DNA from: Hyphochytrium catenoides
Taxonomy: Eukaryota; Protista; Hyphochytriomycota
DNA: 41,238 bases
Direction: 5' to 3'
Assembly (NCBI GenBank): GCA_900088475.1
Contig: FLMG01001571.1
Coordinates: 1-41,238 of the forward strand
A program made the translations under genes and the position numbers. This document shows positions 38,099 through 41,238 of this stretch, one piece after another; positions within the stretch are counted from its first letter, which is position 1, and the number at the start of each line of letters is the position of its first letter. The notes beneath the pieces were generated by a model. It searched no databases. It was not told the origin of the DNA and saw only the letters and a program-made list of their open reading frames with translations.

Positions 38099-40782
38099 CT
38101 AGAGCTTGGACACGAGGGGCTCCTGGTTGCATGTAATCTGCAAAAAAGAAGACGTCGCCACAGCCAAATTTTGGTTAATGCTAGGCAATTGAAGGAGGAT
38201 TTTCCAAAGAAACACAGCGAGAGAGACATTCAGGGTAGAGAAAGAGCAGAATCAGAGAAGGGATATGCACCTGAGCAGTTTCTAGCTCTTTCTTCAACTC
38301 CTCAGCGCTCCGTTGAATGGCCTCTCGCACCTTGGAAGATGGCTGTGCTTCCGTAACAACTGCGTACTGTCCATCACTGCAGCTCACAGGGAAGGAAAAG
38401 ACGAGTCCCTCGGGAACACCAAAAACTCCTCCTTCAGGAGATATTACCCCCATAGATATAATCTCATTTTCAGGCGTCCCATACAACCAGTCTCTAATAT
38501 GAGCGCAGATAGATGCCGCTGAGGAGAGGGATGGGGATATGCCCGTGAGGGAGTACACCTGATGAAGCCGGTCCTGCACAACTTGGATCGCATTTGATAA
38601 TTCTTCCTGGGTCAGGACTGCCGTAATGGGCACCCAAAGCGATGGAACATTATCGTACGGAGTCTTTGGTCTCAACCTAACCTCGCCCTTGCTTGCGTCG
38701 GGTGTCTGGTGGGTAAGGTAAAGCAGACATGAATAGTTAGCCAACCCAAAAGATGCTTCACGGAAGTAATGGTGTCGGCCAATAGGCGTCTCCTATGACT
38801 GAGTGGGAAGTACTCGTAGCAGAATCTCAAATTGCCGAATAGAGACTGAAAATCTACCGATTAAGCAGTAAAGACAGAAAGATCCACTTTGAAGCACTTC
38901 TCGTACCAGGGCCGACGAGTGATTTCCCCAAACAAAAACTCTGCGGATATCCGAGCCGTCTATTCGGTGGTATGTAGTCTCGCTGTCAAAATCATAGACT
39001 ACAAGACTTTTGTCCTATTCAGCAGAGCGTTAGAGATAGAGAAGGTGGAGCCAGGAGGTGAAAGAGTGCACGGTTAACGCGATAAAGCAGAAGAGCCAAA
39101 AGGGGCATATACAGCTGACGTGCCTTTATTTTCTGGTTCAGTAGTCGCACGAGGCATGACACAAAGCGTTGGTGGTTGATCCTAACATGAGCTGAGGCAC
39201 AATTAGGACCAGACAGTTCATGCTACATAGAGTGTACATAGAAGAAGCCAGGTCTGAGAATATCAATATCCTACACTATCTAAAATGATAGCGGCAGTGT
39301 TACGCAGCAGGACTAGGGAAAGCGGCAAAGATGCAGAAGACCCACCAGAGAAGTTCTCAGCAGGAATTCTTGGCGCATAGCGAGAAGCAATTGCAGTCAG
39401 CGTGTTTGGAGGGTTGGCAACAACCACCACCTTACAGTCTGGTGCGGCCCAACGATTCAGCGCCTCTCCCTGAGGTGGCAAAACACAAAGTAAAGACATA
39501 CAAACCGAAGGTCAATTCTGTGTCTATAACAGTAGAATTGCTGCAGGCCACTCAGAGTTTCAAGTAACGGTGTGCATAAGGAATCCGATGTGGAAGGCCA
39601 GAAACGGAAAGTGGCCAGACGATAAGAATGTGCAAAAGAAATTGAAAGAGGATAAGAAGGTGAGGCTTGACTAACCATTTGCCTGAAGATTAGGGCATTT
39701 TCTCTGAGTAATCGGTTTCTAGGAAACGACCACATCCGAAAGAGTAAGGTGAGTACGGCGACGGTAGCGGGCGAGGACGTGAAAAAGGTGGGAAGGGCGA
39801 GATGCGTTGGATTGTCACCTGTCGTTCTCAGCTTTGGTCGGGCTCATTCCTCCTATTAAAATGGCCTGCACAGGATATATATGTGGGACAGAATGGTAAG
39901 ACGATTTTGATGGCCCTTGTCTGGAGGAGCCGAGGGAGAAAAGACGAGAACAGATGGTACGTACGAAATTGACTCTTGAGAAACCTTCCTTAGGATCCGT
40001 GGTGGTGATAATTTCTGCAGGTGGACAAAATACAAAGTCAGGCGGCCCGCTTAGCTATATGGAGCCTTTCGTTACGGCACGAGGAGAGAAGTGGCCAACT
40101 AATGACAAGGCATAGGGTACGCACCCCCCACCCCTTTACCTTACCATCAACGAGGGGAAAGCAGCAGTCATTCAGCTCCATCAAAACTCCCCGAAGCTTA
40201 TCTCTGGCCTCAGGAAGGTCTAGAAGATGCAGTCTCAAGTGCTGCTCAAAGCCAAACGCCTCACCGGCACAGACTGAATGATGAGCCAGTGACGAGAGAT
40301 AGACATTAGCTGATACTGTCACATCAGTAAAACCGAGCTTAGAGCTGCTCATGATCTAACCTTAGATTCGCAATATGAACTGGACATTAAAAAGGAAAAG
40401 CAAAGGTTCTTGAACAATAGATGTAAAGCAAAGAGTCTTACGATCAAGTTGAAGGACAAGGCTACCTACTTAGCGGAAGCAGAGCGTAGGCAGTCCGGCC
40501 AGCAGCACCTAGCGGTCATGAACGCAGCAACAGTCAACACCATGGCGCGATTTGGAAATGATGGGTGTGATTGAGAACATTGAGTGAATGAAGGCGCACC
40601 CAAATAAAGAGTGTGGCCTTAACATCAATGGGTACTTCAACCAGAGCCAGTAACTACTTATAAAGGACTGCGACAGAAAGCGTCTTACCAGTCACGAGCA
40701 CGGTTAGGGGCTCTTCTGGCCGAGGCTCAACAACAAACCTGCCAGAAAAGACTCGAAATACGTCATCATCGGTGTCCGCCAT
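38099..40782 (-). CDS. Divergent cytosolic-type (MDH1-like) malate/2-hydroxyacid dehydrogenase homolog with C-terminal PTS1 (-SKL); 11 exons
   Basis: VLVTGAAGRTAYALLPLIC.GEAFG, LHLLDL, GVLMELNDCCFPL, VVVANPPNT, APRIPAENFS, VWGNHS, HIRDWLYGTP..EIISMGV and GLVFSFPV. Final exon 38137-38099 encodes ITCNQEPLVSKL*. Confidence 0.85.
39015..39123 (-). other. Probable GC-AG intron in the MDH-like gene
   Basis: Donor AAG|GCACGT mirrors the GTACGT donors seen elsewhere in this window. CTAAC branch followed by first AG (GAATAG), phase 0 in frame. A GT alternative 4 nt away is possible. Confidence 0.55.
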
Positions 40783-41206
40783 AGCTAAGCGTACCAAGGC
40801 TAACAGACGGCCTCCTCTTCCAGATCGCCGCAAGTCGACTAATAGACTCCTTTCTCTTACCGGCTTAACCCACCACCTTTCTCGCCTTCTTTTATGTATC
40901 GAGGAAGACACAATGGCCGATATTAGTGAAGCGTGGTCGGTCTCTAGTCTCTACTTCCTTCTCATCAATGTTCTGAACTTCAATTTGTAGATGTGAAAAT
41001 CAGTTCCAGAATCTTCAAGTTAGGGGCAGGAGGTAGGAGGCAGAATCATTGGCGGTGTGCGATGTTATATGCCGTTCGTGACGCGTATACTGCCGTTGTA
41101 CAAAGGCTGGTGCTATACGTTATACGTCAAATAGAGAGAACAGATCCGAACAGAACAGTACATCGACGTACATGTGCTGGGACTGCTCTCTAGCCCCAGA
41201 TCTTGT

Positions 41207-41233
41207 AATCCAAGGACCAAATCCAAGGACCAA
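41207..41233. repeat. 13-bp tandem duplication (aatccaaggacca x2)
   Basis: Directly visible near the window end. Confidence 0.85.
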
Positions 41234-41238
41234 TTTGT

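Noticed and set aside
38099-40782. MDH-like gene as cilia-associated MDH1B because it neighbours dynein
   Set aside because: It lacks the long MDH1B N-terminal extension and ends in a PTS1; adjacency alone is not evidence.
1-41238. Alternative genetic code, tRNA/rRNA, CRISPR array, transposon or viral insert
   Set aside because: All in-frame stops are explained by introns under the standard code; no cloverleaf, spacer array, terminal repeat or transposase motif was seen.

Overview
Eukaryotic, intron-dense genomic DNA from a flagellated protist; stramenopile affinity is my inference from the dynein sequence, not a search result. Splicing by hand gives seven protein-coding genes in strictly alternating orientation (- + - + - + -): (1) a glycosyltransferase-like FSKDR-motif gene running off the left edge; (2) TRM6; (3) a multidomain gene encoding an Stc1-like Zn finger, Yar1-like ankyrin repeats and a seven-beta-strand (MTF16-type) methyltransferase interrupted by a MYND finger; (4) a membrane-anchored UDP-glucose 4-epimerase homolog lacking its catalytic residues; (5) an Erf2/ZDHHC9-like palmitoyltransferase carrying a U12-type AT-AC intron; (6) a complete 22-kb outer-arm dynein gamma-type heavy chain with about 56 GT-AG introns; (7) a divergent cytosolic-type malate dehydrogenase homolog with altered active-site residues whose -SKL peroxisomal signal sits on a 39-nt terminal exon. 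The first ~3.8 kb is rich in (CT)n repeats and has two N gaps. I saw no tRNA, rRNA, CRISPR array or transposon. The strongest candidate for an undescribed system is gene 3. Family comparisons are from memory and exon coordinates are hand-derived.
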